A stretch of 64,000 nt of DNA from Eledone cirrhosa (Eukaryota): contig OZ024740.1 in the NCBI GenBank assembly GCA_964016885.1, positions 420,174,001-420,238,000 on the forward strand, read 5' to 3'. Every line of letters starts with the position of its first letter. Position 1 is the stretch's first letter. Shown piece after piece: positions 1 through 11,800 of this stretch. The notes below the pieces were generated by a model that was not told the DNA's origin, did not search any database, and saw only the letters and a program-made list of their open reading frames with translations. The position numbers and the translations under genes are program-made.

Positions 1-3000
1 GAGTTGAAGGCGACAGTCTACATATGTGGTGGGAATGATGTAGAGTTGGAGGTGACAGTCTACATATGTGGTGGGAATGATGTAGAGTTGGTGGTGACGG
101 TCTACATATGTGGTGGGAATTGGTAGAGTTGGAGGTGACAGTCTACATATGTGGTGGGAACGATGTAGATTTGGAGGTGACAGTCTACATATGTGGTGAG
201 AAAGAGGTAGAGTTGGAGGTGACAATCTACATATGTGGTGGGAATGGTGTAGAGTTGGAGGTGACAGTCTACATATGTGGCAGGAATGATGTAGAGTTGG
301 AGGTGACAGTTTACATATGTGGTGGGAATGATGTAGAGTTGAAGGGGACAGTCTACATATGTGGTGGGAATGATGTAGAGTTGGTGGTGACAGTCTACAT
401 ATGTGGTGGGAAAGAGGTAGAGTTGGTGGTGACAGTCTACATATGTGGTGGGAATGATGTAGAGTTGGAGGTAACAGTCTACATATGTGGTGGGAAAGAG
501 GTAGTGTTGGAGGTGACAGTCTACATATGTGGTGGGAATGATGTAGAGTTGGGTGTGACAATCTACATATGTGGTGGGAAAGAGGTAGAGTTGGAGGTGA
601 CAGTCTACATATGTGGTGAGAAAGAGGTAGAGTTGGAGGTGACAGTCTACATATGTGGTGGGAATGATGTAGAGTTGGAGGTGACAGTCTACATATGTGG
701 TGGGAATTATGTAGAGTTGGAGGTGACAGTCTACATATGTGGTGGGAATGATGTATAGTTGGAGGTGACAGTCTACATATGTGGTGGGAATGATGTAGAG
801 TTGGAGGTGACAATCTACATATGTGGTGGGAAGGATGTAGAGTTGGAGGTGACAGTCTACATATGTGGTGGGAAAGAGGTAGAGTTGGAGGTAACAGTCT
901 ACATATGTGGTGGGAATGATGTAGAGTTGAAGGTGACAGTCTACATATGTGGTGGGAATGATGTAGAGTTGGAGGTAACAGTCTACATATGTGGTGGGAA
1001 TGATGTACAGTTGGAGGTGACAATCTACATATGTGGTGGGTCTGATGTAGTGTTGGAGGTGACAGTCTACATATGTGGCAGGAATGATGTAGAGTTGAGG
1101 TGACAGTCTACATATGTGGTGGGAATGATGTAGAATTGAAGGGGACAGTCTACATATGTGGTGGGAATGATGTAGAGTTGGAGGTGACAGTCTACATATG
1201 TCTTGGGAATGATGCAGAGTTGCAGGTAACAGTCTACATATGTGGTGGGAATGATATACAGTTGGAGGTGACAGTCTATATATGTCGTGGGAATGATGTA
1301 GAGTTGGAGGTAACAGTCTACATATGTGGTGGGAATGATGTACAGTTGGAGGTGACAGTCTATATATGTGGTGGGAATGATGTAGAGTTGGAGGTGACAG
1401 TCTACATATGTGGTGGGAATGATGTACAGTTGGAGGTGACAGTCTATATATGTGGTGGGAATGATGTACAGTTGGAGGTGACAGTCTACATAGGTGGTGG
1501 GAATGATGTACAGTTGGAGGTGACAGTCTGCATATGTGGTGGGAATGATGTAGAGTCGGAGGTGACAATCTACATATGTTGTGGGAATGATGTAGAGTTG
1601 GAGGTGACAGTCTACATATGTGGTGGGAATGATGTAGAGTTGGAGGTAACAGTCTACATATGTGGTGGGAATGATGTAGAGTTGGAGGTGACAAACTACA
1701 TATGTGGTGGGAATGATGTAGAGTTGGAGGTGACAGTCTACAGATGTGGTGGGAAAGAGGTAGAGTTGGGGGATGACAGTCTACATATGTGGTGGGAATG
1801 ATGTACTGTTGGAGGTGACAATCTACATATGTGGTGGGAATGATATAGAGTTGGAGGTGACAGTCTACATATGTGGTGGGAATGATGTAGAGTTAGAGGT
1901 GACAGTCTACAAATTAAGTGGGAATGATGTAGGGTTGGAAGTAACAGTCTACATATGTGGTGGGAATGATATAGAGTTGGAGGTGAGTCTACATATGTGG
2001 TGGGAATGATGTAGAGTTGGAGGTGATAGTCTACATATGTAGGTGGGAAAGAGGTAGAGTTGGAGGTGACAGTCTACATATGTGGTGGGAACGATGTAGA
2101 GTTGGAGGTGACAGTCTACATATGTGGTGGGAAAGAGGTAGAGTTGGAGGTGAGAGTCTACATATGTGGTGGGAAAGAGGTAGAGTTGGAGGTGATAGTC
2201 TACATATGTGGTGGGACTGATGTACAGTTGGAGATGACAGTCTACATATGTGGTGGGAATGATGTACAGTTGGAGGTGACAATCTACATATGTGGTGGGC
2301 ATGATGTAGAGTTGGAGGTGACAAACTACATATGTGGTGGGAATGATGTAGAGTTGGAGGTGACAGTCTACATATGTGGTGGGAAAGAGGTAGAGTTGGG
2401 GGATGACAGTCTACATATGTGGTGGGAATGATGTACTGTTGGAGGTGACACTCTACATATGTGGTGGGAATGATGTAGAGTTGGAGGTGACAGTCTACAT
2501 ATGTGGTGGGAATGATGTAGAGTTAGAGGTGACAGTCTACAAATTAAGTGGGAATGATGTAGGGTTGGAAGTAACAGTCTACATATGTGGTGGGAATGAT
2601 GTACAGTTGGAGGTGACAGTCTATATATGTGGTGGGAATGATGTGCAGTTGGAGGTGACAGTCTACATAGGTGGTGGGAATGATGTACAGTTGGAGGTGA
2701 CAGTCTGCATATGTGGTGGGAATGATGTAGAGTCGGAGGTGACAATCTACATATGTTGTGGGAATGATGTAGAGTTGGAGGTAACAATCTACATATGTGG
2801 TGGGTCTGATGTACAGTTGGAGGTGACAGTCTACATATGTGGTGGGAATGGTGTAGAGTTGGAGGTGACAGTCTACATATGTGGCAGGAATGATGTAGAG
2901 TTGGAGGTGACAGTCTACATATGTGGTGGGAATGATGTAGAGTTAGAGGTGACAGTCTACAAATTAAGTGGGAATGATGTAGGGTTGGAAGTAACAGTCT

Positions 3001-6000
3001 ACATATGTGGTGGGCATGATGTACAGTTGGATGTGACAGTCTACATATGAGGTGGGAATGATGTACAGTTGGAGGTGACAGTCTACATATGTAGTGGGAA
3101 TGATGTACAGTTGGAGGTGACAGTCTACATATGTGGTGGGAATGATGTAGAGTTGGAGGTGACAATCTACATATGTAGTGGGAATTATGTAGAGTTGGAG
3201 GTGACAATCTACATATGTGGTGGGAATTATGTAGAGTTGGAGGTGACAGTCTACATATGTGGTTGGAATGGTGTAGAGTTGGAGGTGACAATCTACATAT
3301 GTGGTGGGAAGGATGTAGAGTTGGAGGTGACAGTCTACATATGTGGTGGGAAAGAGGTACAGTTGGAGGTGACAGTCTACATATGTGGTGGGAATGATGT
3401 AAAGTTGGAGGTGACAGTCTATATATGTGGTGGGAATGATGTACAGTTGGAGGTGACAGTCTATATATGTGGTGGGAATGATGTACAGTTGGAGGTGACA
3501 GTCTACATAGGTGGTGGGAATGATGTACAGTTGGAGGTGACAGTCTGCATATGTGGTGGGAATGATGTAGAGTCGGAGGTGAAAGTCTACATATGTTGTG
3601 GGAATGATGTAGAGTTGGGGGTGACAGTCTACGTTTGTGGTGGGAATGATGTAGAGTTGGAGGTAACAGTCTACATATGTGGTGGGTCTGAGGTACAGTT
3701 GGAGGTGACAGTCTACATATGTGGTGGGAATGGTGTAGAGTTGGAGGTGACAGTCTACATATGTGGCAGGAATGATGTAGAGTTGGAGGTGACAGTTTAC
3801 ATATGTGGTGGGAATGATGTAGAGTTGAAGGGGACAGTCTACATATGTGGTGGGAATGATGTATAGTTGGAGGTGACAGTCTACATATGTGGTGGGAATG
3901 ATGTACTGTTGGAGGTGACACTCTACATATGTGGTGGGAATGATGTAGAGTTGGAGGTGACAGTCTACATATGTGGTGGGAATGATGTAGAGTTGGAGGT
4001 AACAGTCTACATATGTGGTGGGTCTGATGTACAGTTGGAGGTGACAGTCTACATATGTGGTGGGAATGGTGTAGAGTTGGAGGTGACAGTCTACATATGT
4101 GGCAGGAATGATGTAGAGTTGGAGGTGACAGTTTACATATGTGGTGGGAATGATGTAGAGTTGAAGGCGACAGTCTACATATGTGGTGGGAATGATGTAG
4201 AGTTGGAGGTGACAGTCTACATATGTGGTGGGAATGATGTAGAGTTGGTGGTGACGGTCTACATATGTGGTGGGAATTGGTAGAGTTGGAGGTGACAGTC
4301 TACATATGTGGTGGGAACGATATAGAGTTGGAGGTGACAGTCTACATATGTGGTGGGAATGATGTAGAGTTGGAGGTGACAGTCTACATATGTGGTGAGA
4401 AAGAGGTAGAGTTGGAGGTGACAATCTACATATGTGGTGGGAATGGTGTAGAGTTGGAGGTGACAGTCTACATATGTGGCAGGAATGATGTAGAGTTGGA
4501 GGTGACAGTTTACATATGTGGTGGGAATGATGTAGAGTTGAAGGGGACAGTCTACATATGTGGTGGGAATGATGTAGAGTTGGTGGTGACAGTCTACATA
4601 TGTGGTGGGAAAGAGGTAGAGTTGGTGGTGACAGTCTACATATGTGGTGGGAATGATGTAGAGTTGGAGGTAACAGTCTACATATGTGGTGGGAAAGAGG
4701 TAGTGTTGGAGGTGACAGTCTACATATGTGGTGAGAAAGAGGTAGAGTTGGAGGTGACAGTCTACATATGTGGTGGGAATGATGTAGAGTTGGAGGTGAC
4801 AGTCTACATATGTGGTGGGAATTATGTAGAGTTGGAGGTGACAGTCTACATATGTGGTGGGAATGATGTATAGTTGGAGGTGACAGTCTACATATGTGGT
4901 GGGAATGATGTAGAGTTGGAGGTGACAATCTACATATGTGGTGGGAAGGATGTAGAGTTGGAGGTGACAGTCTACATATGTGGTGGGAAAGAGGTAGAGT
5001 TGGAGGTAACAGTCTACATATGTGGTGGGAATGATGTAGAGTTGGAGGTGACAGTCTACATATGTGGTGGGAATGATGTACAGTTGGAGGTGACAGTCTA
5101 CATATATAGTGGGAATGATGTACAGTTGGAGGTGACAGTCTACATACATAGGTGGTGGGAATGATGTACAGTTGGAGGTGACAATCTACATATGTGGTGG
5201 GTCTGATGTACAGTTGGAGGTGACAGTCTACATATGTGGTGGGAATGGTGTAGAGTTGGAGGTGACAGTCTACATATGTGGCAGGAATGATGTAGAGTTG
5301 AGGTGACGGTCTACATATGTGGTGGGAATGATGTAGAATTGAAGGGGACAGTCTACATATGTGTTGGGAATGATGTAGAGTTGGAGGTGACAGTCTACAT
5401 ATGTCTTGGGAATGATGCAGAGTTGCAGGTAACAGTCTACATATGTGGTGGGAATGATGTACAGTTGGAGGTGACAGTCTATATATGTGGTGGGAATGAT
5501 GTAGAGTTGGAGGTGACAGTCTACATATGTGGTGGGTATGATGTAGATTTGGAGATGACAGTCTACATATGTGGTGGGAATGATGTAGAGTTGGATGTGA
5601 CAGTCTACATATGTTGTGGGAATGATGTAGAGTTGGAGGTGACAGTCTACATATGTGGTGGGAATGATGTAGAGTTGGAGGTGAGTCTACATATGTGGTG
5701 GGAATGATGTAGAGTTGGAGGTGATAGTCTACATATGTAGGTGGGAAAGAGGTAGAGTTGGAGGTGACAGTCTACATATGTGGTGGGAATGATGTAGAGT
5801 TGGAGGTGACAGTCTACATATGTGGTGGGAAAGAGGTAGAGTTGGAGATGACAGTCTAAATATGTGGTGGGAAAGAGGTAGAGTTGGAGGTGACAGTCTA
5901 CATATGTGGTGGGAAAGAGGTAGAGTTGGAGGTGACAGTCTACATATGTGGTGGGAAAGAGGTAGAGTTGGAGATGACAGTCTAAATATGTGGTGGGAAA

Positions 6001-6159
6001 GAGGTAGAGTTGGAGGTGACAGTCTACATATGTGGTGGGAAAGAGGTAGAGTTGTAGGTGACAGTCTACATATGTGGTGGGAAAGAGGTAGAGTTGGAGG
6101 TGACAGTGTACATATGTGGTGGGAATGATGTAGAGTTGGAAGTGACATTCTAAATATGT

Positions 6160-8850
6160 GGTGGGAATGATGTAGAGTTGGTGGTGACAGTCTAAATATG
6201 TTTGTGGGAATGATGTAGAGTTGGTGGTGACAGTCTAAATATGTGGTGGGAATGATGTAGAGTTGGTGGTGACAGTATACATATGTGGTGGGAAAGAGGT
6301 AGAGTTGGAGGTGACAGTCTACATATGTGGTGGGAATGATGTACAGTTGGAGGTGACAGTCTATATATGTGGTGGGAATGATGTACAGTTGGAGCTGACA
6401 GTCTACATATGTGGCAGGAATGATGTAGAGTTGGAGGTGACAGTTTACATATGTGGTGGGAATGATGTAGATTTGAAGGGGACAGTCTACATATGTGGTG
6501 GGAATGATGTAGAGTTGGAGCTGACAGTCTACATATGTGGTGGGAATGATGTAGAGTTGGAGGTAACAGTCTACATATGTGGTGGGTCTGATGTACAGTT
6601 GGAGGTGACAGTCTACATATGTGGTGGGAATGGTGTAGAGTTGGAGGTGACAGTCTACATATGTGGCAGGAATGATGTAGAGTTGGAGGTGACAGTTTAC
6701 ATATGTGGTGGGAATGATGTAGAGTTGAAGGCGACAGTCTACATATGTGGTGGGAATGATGTAGAGTTGGAGGTGACAGTCTACATATGTGGTGGGAATG
6801 ATGTAGAGTTGGTGGTGACGGTCTACATATGTGGTGGGAATTGGTAGAGTTGGAGGTGACAGTCTACATATGTGGTGGGAACGATGTAGAGTTGGAGGTG
6901 ACAGTCTACATATGTGGTGGGAATGATGTAGAGTTGGAGGTGCCAGTCTACATATGTGGTGAGAAAGAGGTAGAGTTGGAGGTGACAGTCTACATATGTG
7001 GTGGGAATGGTGTAGAGTTGGAGGTGACAGTCTACATATGTGGCAGGAATGATGTAGAGTTGGAGGTGACAGTTTACATATGTGGTGGGAATGATGTAGA
7101 GTTGAAGGGGACAGTCTACATATGTGGTGGGAATGATGTAGAGTTGGTGGTGACAGTCTACATATGTGGTGGGAAAGAGGTAGAGTTGGTGGTGACAGTC
7201 TACATATGTGGTGGGAATGATGTAGAGTTGGAGGTAACAGTCTACATATGTGGTGGGAAAGAGGTAGTGTTGGAGGTGACAGTCTACATATGTGGTGGGA
7301 ATGATGTAGACTTGGGTGTGGCAATCTACATATGTGGTGGGAAAGAGGTAGAGTTGGAGGTGACAGTCTACATATGTGGTGAGAAAGAGGTAGAGTTGGA
7401 GGTGACAGTCTACATATGTGGTGGGAATGATGTAGAGTTGGAGGTGACAGTCTACATATGTGGTGGGAATTATGTAGAGTTGGAGGTGACAGTCTACATA
7501 TGTGGTGGGAATGATGTAGAGTTGGTGGTGACAGTCTAAATATGTTTGTGGGAATGATGTAGAGTTGGTGGTGACAGTCTAAATATGTGGTGGGAATGAT
7601 GTAGAGTTGGTGGTGACAGTCTACATATGTGGTGGGAAAGAGGTAGAGTTGGAGGTGACAGTCTACATATGTGGTGGGAATGATGTACAGTTGGAGGTGA
7701 CAGTCTATATATGTGGTGGGAATGATGTACAGTTGGAGGTGACAGTCTACATATGTGGCAGGAATGATGTAGAGTTGGAGGTGACAGTTCACATATGTGG
7801 TGGGAATGATGTAGAGTTGAAGGGGACAGTCTACATATGTGGTGGGAATGATGTAGAGTTGGAGCTGACAGTCTACATATGCGGTGGGAATGATGTAGAG
7901 TTGGAGGTAACAGTCTACATATGTGGTGGGTCTGATGTACAGTTGGAGGTGACAGTCTACATATGTGGTGGGAATGGTGTAGAGTTGGAGGTGACAGTCT
8001 ACATATGTGGCAGGAATGATGTAGAGTTGGAGGTGACAGTTTACATATGTGGTGGGAATGATGTAGAGTTGAAGGCGACAGTCTACATATGTGGTGGGAA
8101 TGATGTAGAGTTGGAGGTGACAGTCTACATATGTGGTGGGAATGATGTAGAGTTGGTGGTGACGGTCTACATATGTGGTGGGAATTGGTAGAGTTGGAGG
8201 TGACAGTCTACATATGTGGTGGGAACGATGTAGAGTTGGAGGTGACAGTCTACATATGTGGTGGGAATGATGTAGAGTTGGAGGTGACAGTCTACATATG
8301 TGATGAGAAAGAGGTAGAGTTGGAGGTGACAGTCTACATATGTGGTGGGAATGGTGTAGAGTTGGAGGTGACAGTCTACATATGTGACAGGAATGATGTA
8401 GAGTTGGAGGTGACAGTTTACATATGTGGTGGGAATGATGTAGAGTTGAAGGGGACAGTCTACATATGTGGTGGGAATGATGTAGAGTTGGTGGTGACAG
8501 TCTACATATGTGGTGGGAAAGAGGTAGAGTTGGTGGTGACAGTCTACATATGTGGTGGGAATGATGTAGAGTTGGAGGTAACAGTCTACATATGTGGTGG
8601 GAAAGAGGTAGAGTTGGAGGTGACAGTCTACATATGTGGTGAGAATGATGTAGAGTTGGGTGTGACAATCTACATATGTGGTGGGAAAGAGGTAGAGTTG
8701 GAGGTGACAGTCTACATATGTGGTGAGAAAGAGGTAGAGTTGGAGGTGACAGTCTACATATGTGGTGGGAATGATGTAGAGTTGGAGGTGACAGTCTACA
8801 TATGTGGTGGGAATTATGTAGAGTTGGAGGTGACAGTCTACATATGTGGT
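6160..8850 (+). repeat. Tandem duplication of 1344 bp (32 monomers)
   Basis: 6263/7607 and 6829/8173 are offset by 1344. Both copies share the rare variants TAAATATGTTTGTGGG and GAGCTG. Confidence 0.85.
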
Positions 8851-11800
8851 GGGAATGATGTATAGTTGGAGGTGACAGTCTACATATGTGGTGGGAATGA
8901 TGTAGAGTTGGAGGTGACAATCTACATATGTGGTGGGAAGGATGTAGAGTTGGAGGTGACAGTCCACATATGTTGTGGGAAAGAGGTAGAGTTGGAGGTA
9001 ACAGTCTACATATGTGGTGGGAATGATGTAGAGTTGGAGGTGACAGTCTACATATGTGGTGGGAATGATGTATAGTTGGAGGTGACAGTCTACATATGTG
9101 GTGGGAATGATGTAGAGTTGGAGGTGACGATCTACATATGTGGTGGGAAGGATGTAGAGTTGGAGGTGACAGTCTACATATGTTGTGGGAAAGAGGTAGA
9201 GTTGGAGGTAACAGTCTACATATGTGGTGGGAATGATGTAGAGTTGGAGGTGACAGTCTACATATGTGGTGGGAATGATGTACAGTTGGAGGTGACAGTC
9301 TACATACATAGGTGGTGGGAATGATGTACAGTTGGAGGTGACAATCTACATAAGTGGTGGGTCTGATGTACAGTTGGGGGTGACAGTCTACATATGTGGT
9401 GGGAATGGTGTAGAGTTGGAAATGACAGTCTACATATGTGGCAGGAATGATGTAGAGTTGAGGTGACGGTCTACATATGTGGTGGGAATGATGTAGAATT
9501 GAAGGGGACAGTCTACATATGTGTTGGGAATGATGTAGAGTTGGAGGTGACAGTCTACATATGTCTTGGGAATGATGCAGAGTTGCAGGTAACAGTCTAC
9601 ATATGTTGTGGGAATGATGTACAGTTGGAGGTGACAGTCTATATATGTGGTGGGAATGATGTAGAGTTGGAGGTGACAGTCTACATATGTGGTTGGTATG
9701 ATGTAGATTTGGAGATGACAGTCTACATATGTGGTGGGAATGATGTAGAGTTGGATGTGACAGTCTACATATGTTGTGGGAATGATGTAGAGTTGGAGGT
9801 GACAGTCTACATATGTGGTGGGAATGATGTAGAGTTGGAGGTGAGTCTACATATGAGGTGGGAATAATGTAGAGTTGGAGGTGATAGTCTACATATGTAG
9901 GTGGGAAAGAGGTAGAGTTGGAGATGACAGTCTAAATATGTGGTGGGAAAGAGGTAGAGTTGGAGGTGACAGTCTACATATGTGGTGGGAAAGAGGTAGA
10001 ATTGGAGGTGACAGTCTACATATGTGGTGGGAAAGAGGTAGAGTTGGAGATGACAGTCTAAATATGTGGTGGGAAAGAGGTAGAGTTGGAGGTGACAGTC
10101 TACATATGTGGTGGGAAAGAGGTAGAGTTGGAGGTGACAGTCTACATATGTGGTGGGAAAGAGGTAGAGTTGGAGGTGACAGTCTACATATGTGGTGGGA
10201 ATGATGTAGAGTTGGAGGTGACATTCTAAATATGTGGTGGGAATGATGTAGAGTTGGTGGTGACAGTCTAAATATGTTTGTGGGAATGATGTAGAGTTGG
10301 TGGTGACAGTCTACATATGTGGTGGGAATGATGTAGAGTTGGTAGTGACAGTCTACATATGTGGTGGGAAAGAGGTAGAGTTGGTGGTGACAGTCTACAT
10401 ATGTGGTGGGAATGATGTAGAGTTGGAGGTAACAGTCTACATATGTGGTGGGAATGATGTACAGTTGGAGGTGACAATCTACATATGTGGTGGGTCTGAT
10501 GTAGTGTTGGAGGTGACAGTCTACATATCTGGCAGGAATGATGTAGAGTTGAGGTGACAGTCTACATATGTGGTGGGAATGATGTAGAATTGAAGGGGAC
10601 AGTCTACATATGTGGTGGGAATGATGTAGAGTTGGAGGTGACAGTCTACATATGTCTTGGGAATGATGCAGAGTTGCAGGTAACAGTCTACATATGTGGT
10701 GGGAATGATGTACAGTTGGAGGTGACAGTCTATATATGTGGTGGGAATGATGTAGTGTTGGAGGTGACAGTCTACATATGTGGTGGGAATGATGTAGATT
10801 TGGAGATGACAGTCTACATATGTGGTGGGAATGATGTAGAGTTGGATGTGACAGTCTACATATGTGGTGGGAATGATGTAGAGTTGGAGGTGACAGTCTA
10901 CATATGTGGTGGGAATGATATAGAGTTGGAGGTGAGTCTACATATGTGGTGGGAATGATGTAGAGTTGGAGGTGATAGTCTACATATGTAGGTGGGAAAG
11001 AGGTAGAGTTGGAGGTGACAGTCTACATATGTGGTGGGAATGCTGTAGAGTTGGTGGTGACATTCTACATATGTGGTGGGAACGATGTAGAGTTGGAGGT
11101 GACAGTCTACATATGTGGTGGGAAAGAGGTAGAGTTGGAGGTGAGAGTCTACATATGTGGTGGGAAAGAGGTAGAGTTGGATGTGATAGTCTACATATGT
11201 GGTGGCACTGATGTACAGTTGGAGGTGACAGTCTACATATGTGGTGGGAATGATGTACAGTTGGAGGTGACAATCTACATATGTGGTGGGCATGATGTAG
11301 AGTTGGAGGTGACAAACTACATATGTGGTGGGAATGAAGTAGAGTTGGAGGTGACAGTCTACATATGTGGTGGGAAAGAGGTAGAGTTGGGGGATGACAG
11401 TCTACATATGTGGTGGGAATGATGTACTGTTGGAGGTGACACTCTACATATGTGGTGGGAATGAGGTAGAGTTGGAGGTGACAGTCTACATATGTGGTGG
11501 GAATGATGTAGAGTTGGAGGTGACAGTCTACAAATTAAGTGGGAATGATGTAGGGTTGGAAGTAACAGTCTACATATGTGGTGGGAATGATGTACAGTTG
11601 GAGGTGACAGTCTATATATGTGGTGGCAATGATGTACAGTTGGAGGTGACAGTCTACATAGGTGGTGGGAATGATGTACAGTTGGAGGTGACAGTCTGCA
11701 TATGTGGTGGGAATGATGTAGAGTCGGAGGTGACAATCTACGTATGTGGTGGGTCTGATGTACAGTTGGAGGTGACAGTCTACATATGTGGTGGGAATGG

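Noticed and set aside
380-387. Chi-like or minisatellite-core motifs (GTTGGTGG, GGAGGTG)
   Set aside because: There is no exact GCTGGTGG in the consensus. Partial matches are expected in G/T-rich sequence, and nothing indicates a bacterial context.
5729-8920. His/Cys-rich minus-strand ORF as a zinc-finger or histidine-rich protein
   Set aside because: It lacks C-x2-4-C...H-x3-5-H spacing and has one Cys per 14 aa. The ORF drifts between two frames of the same repeat.
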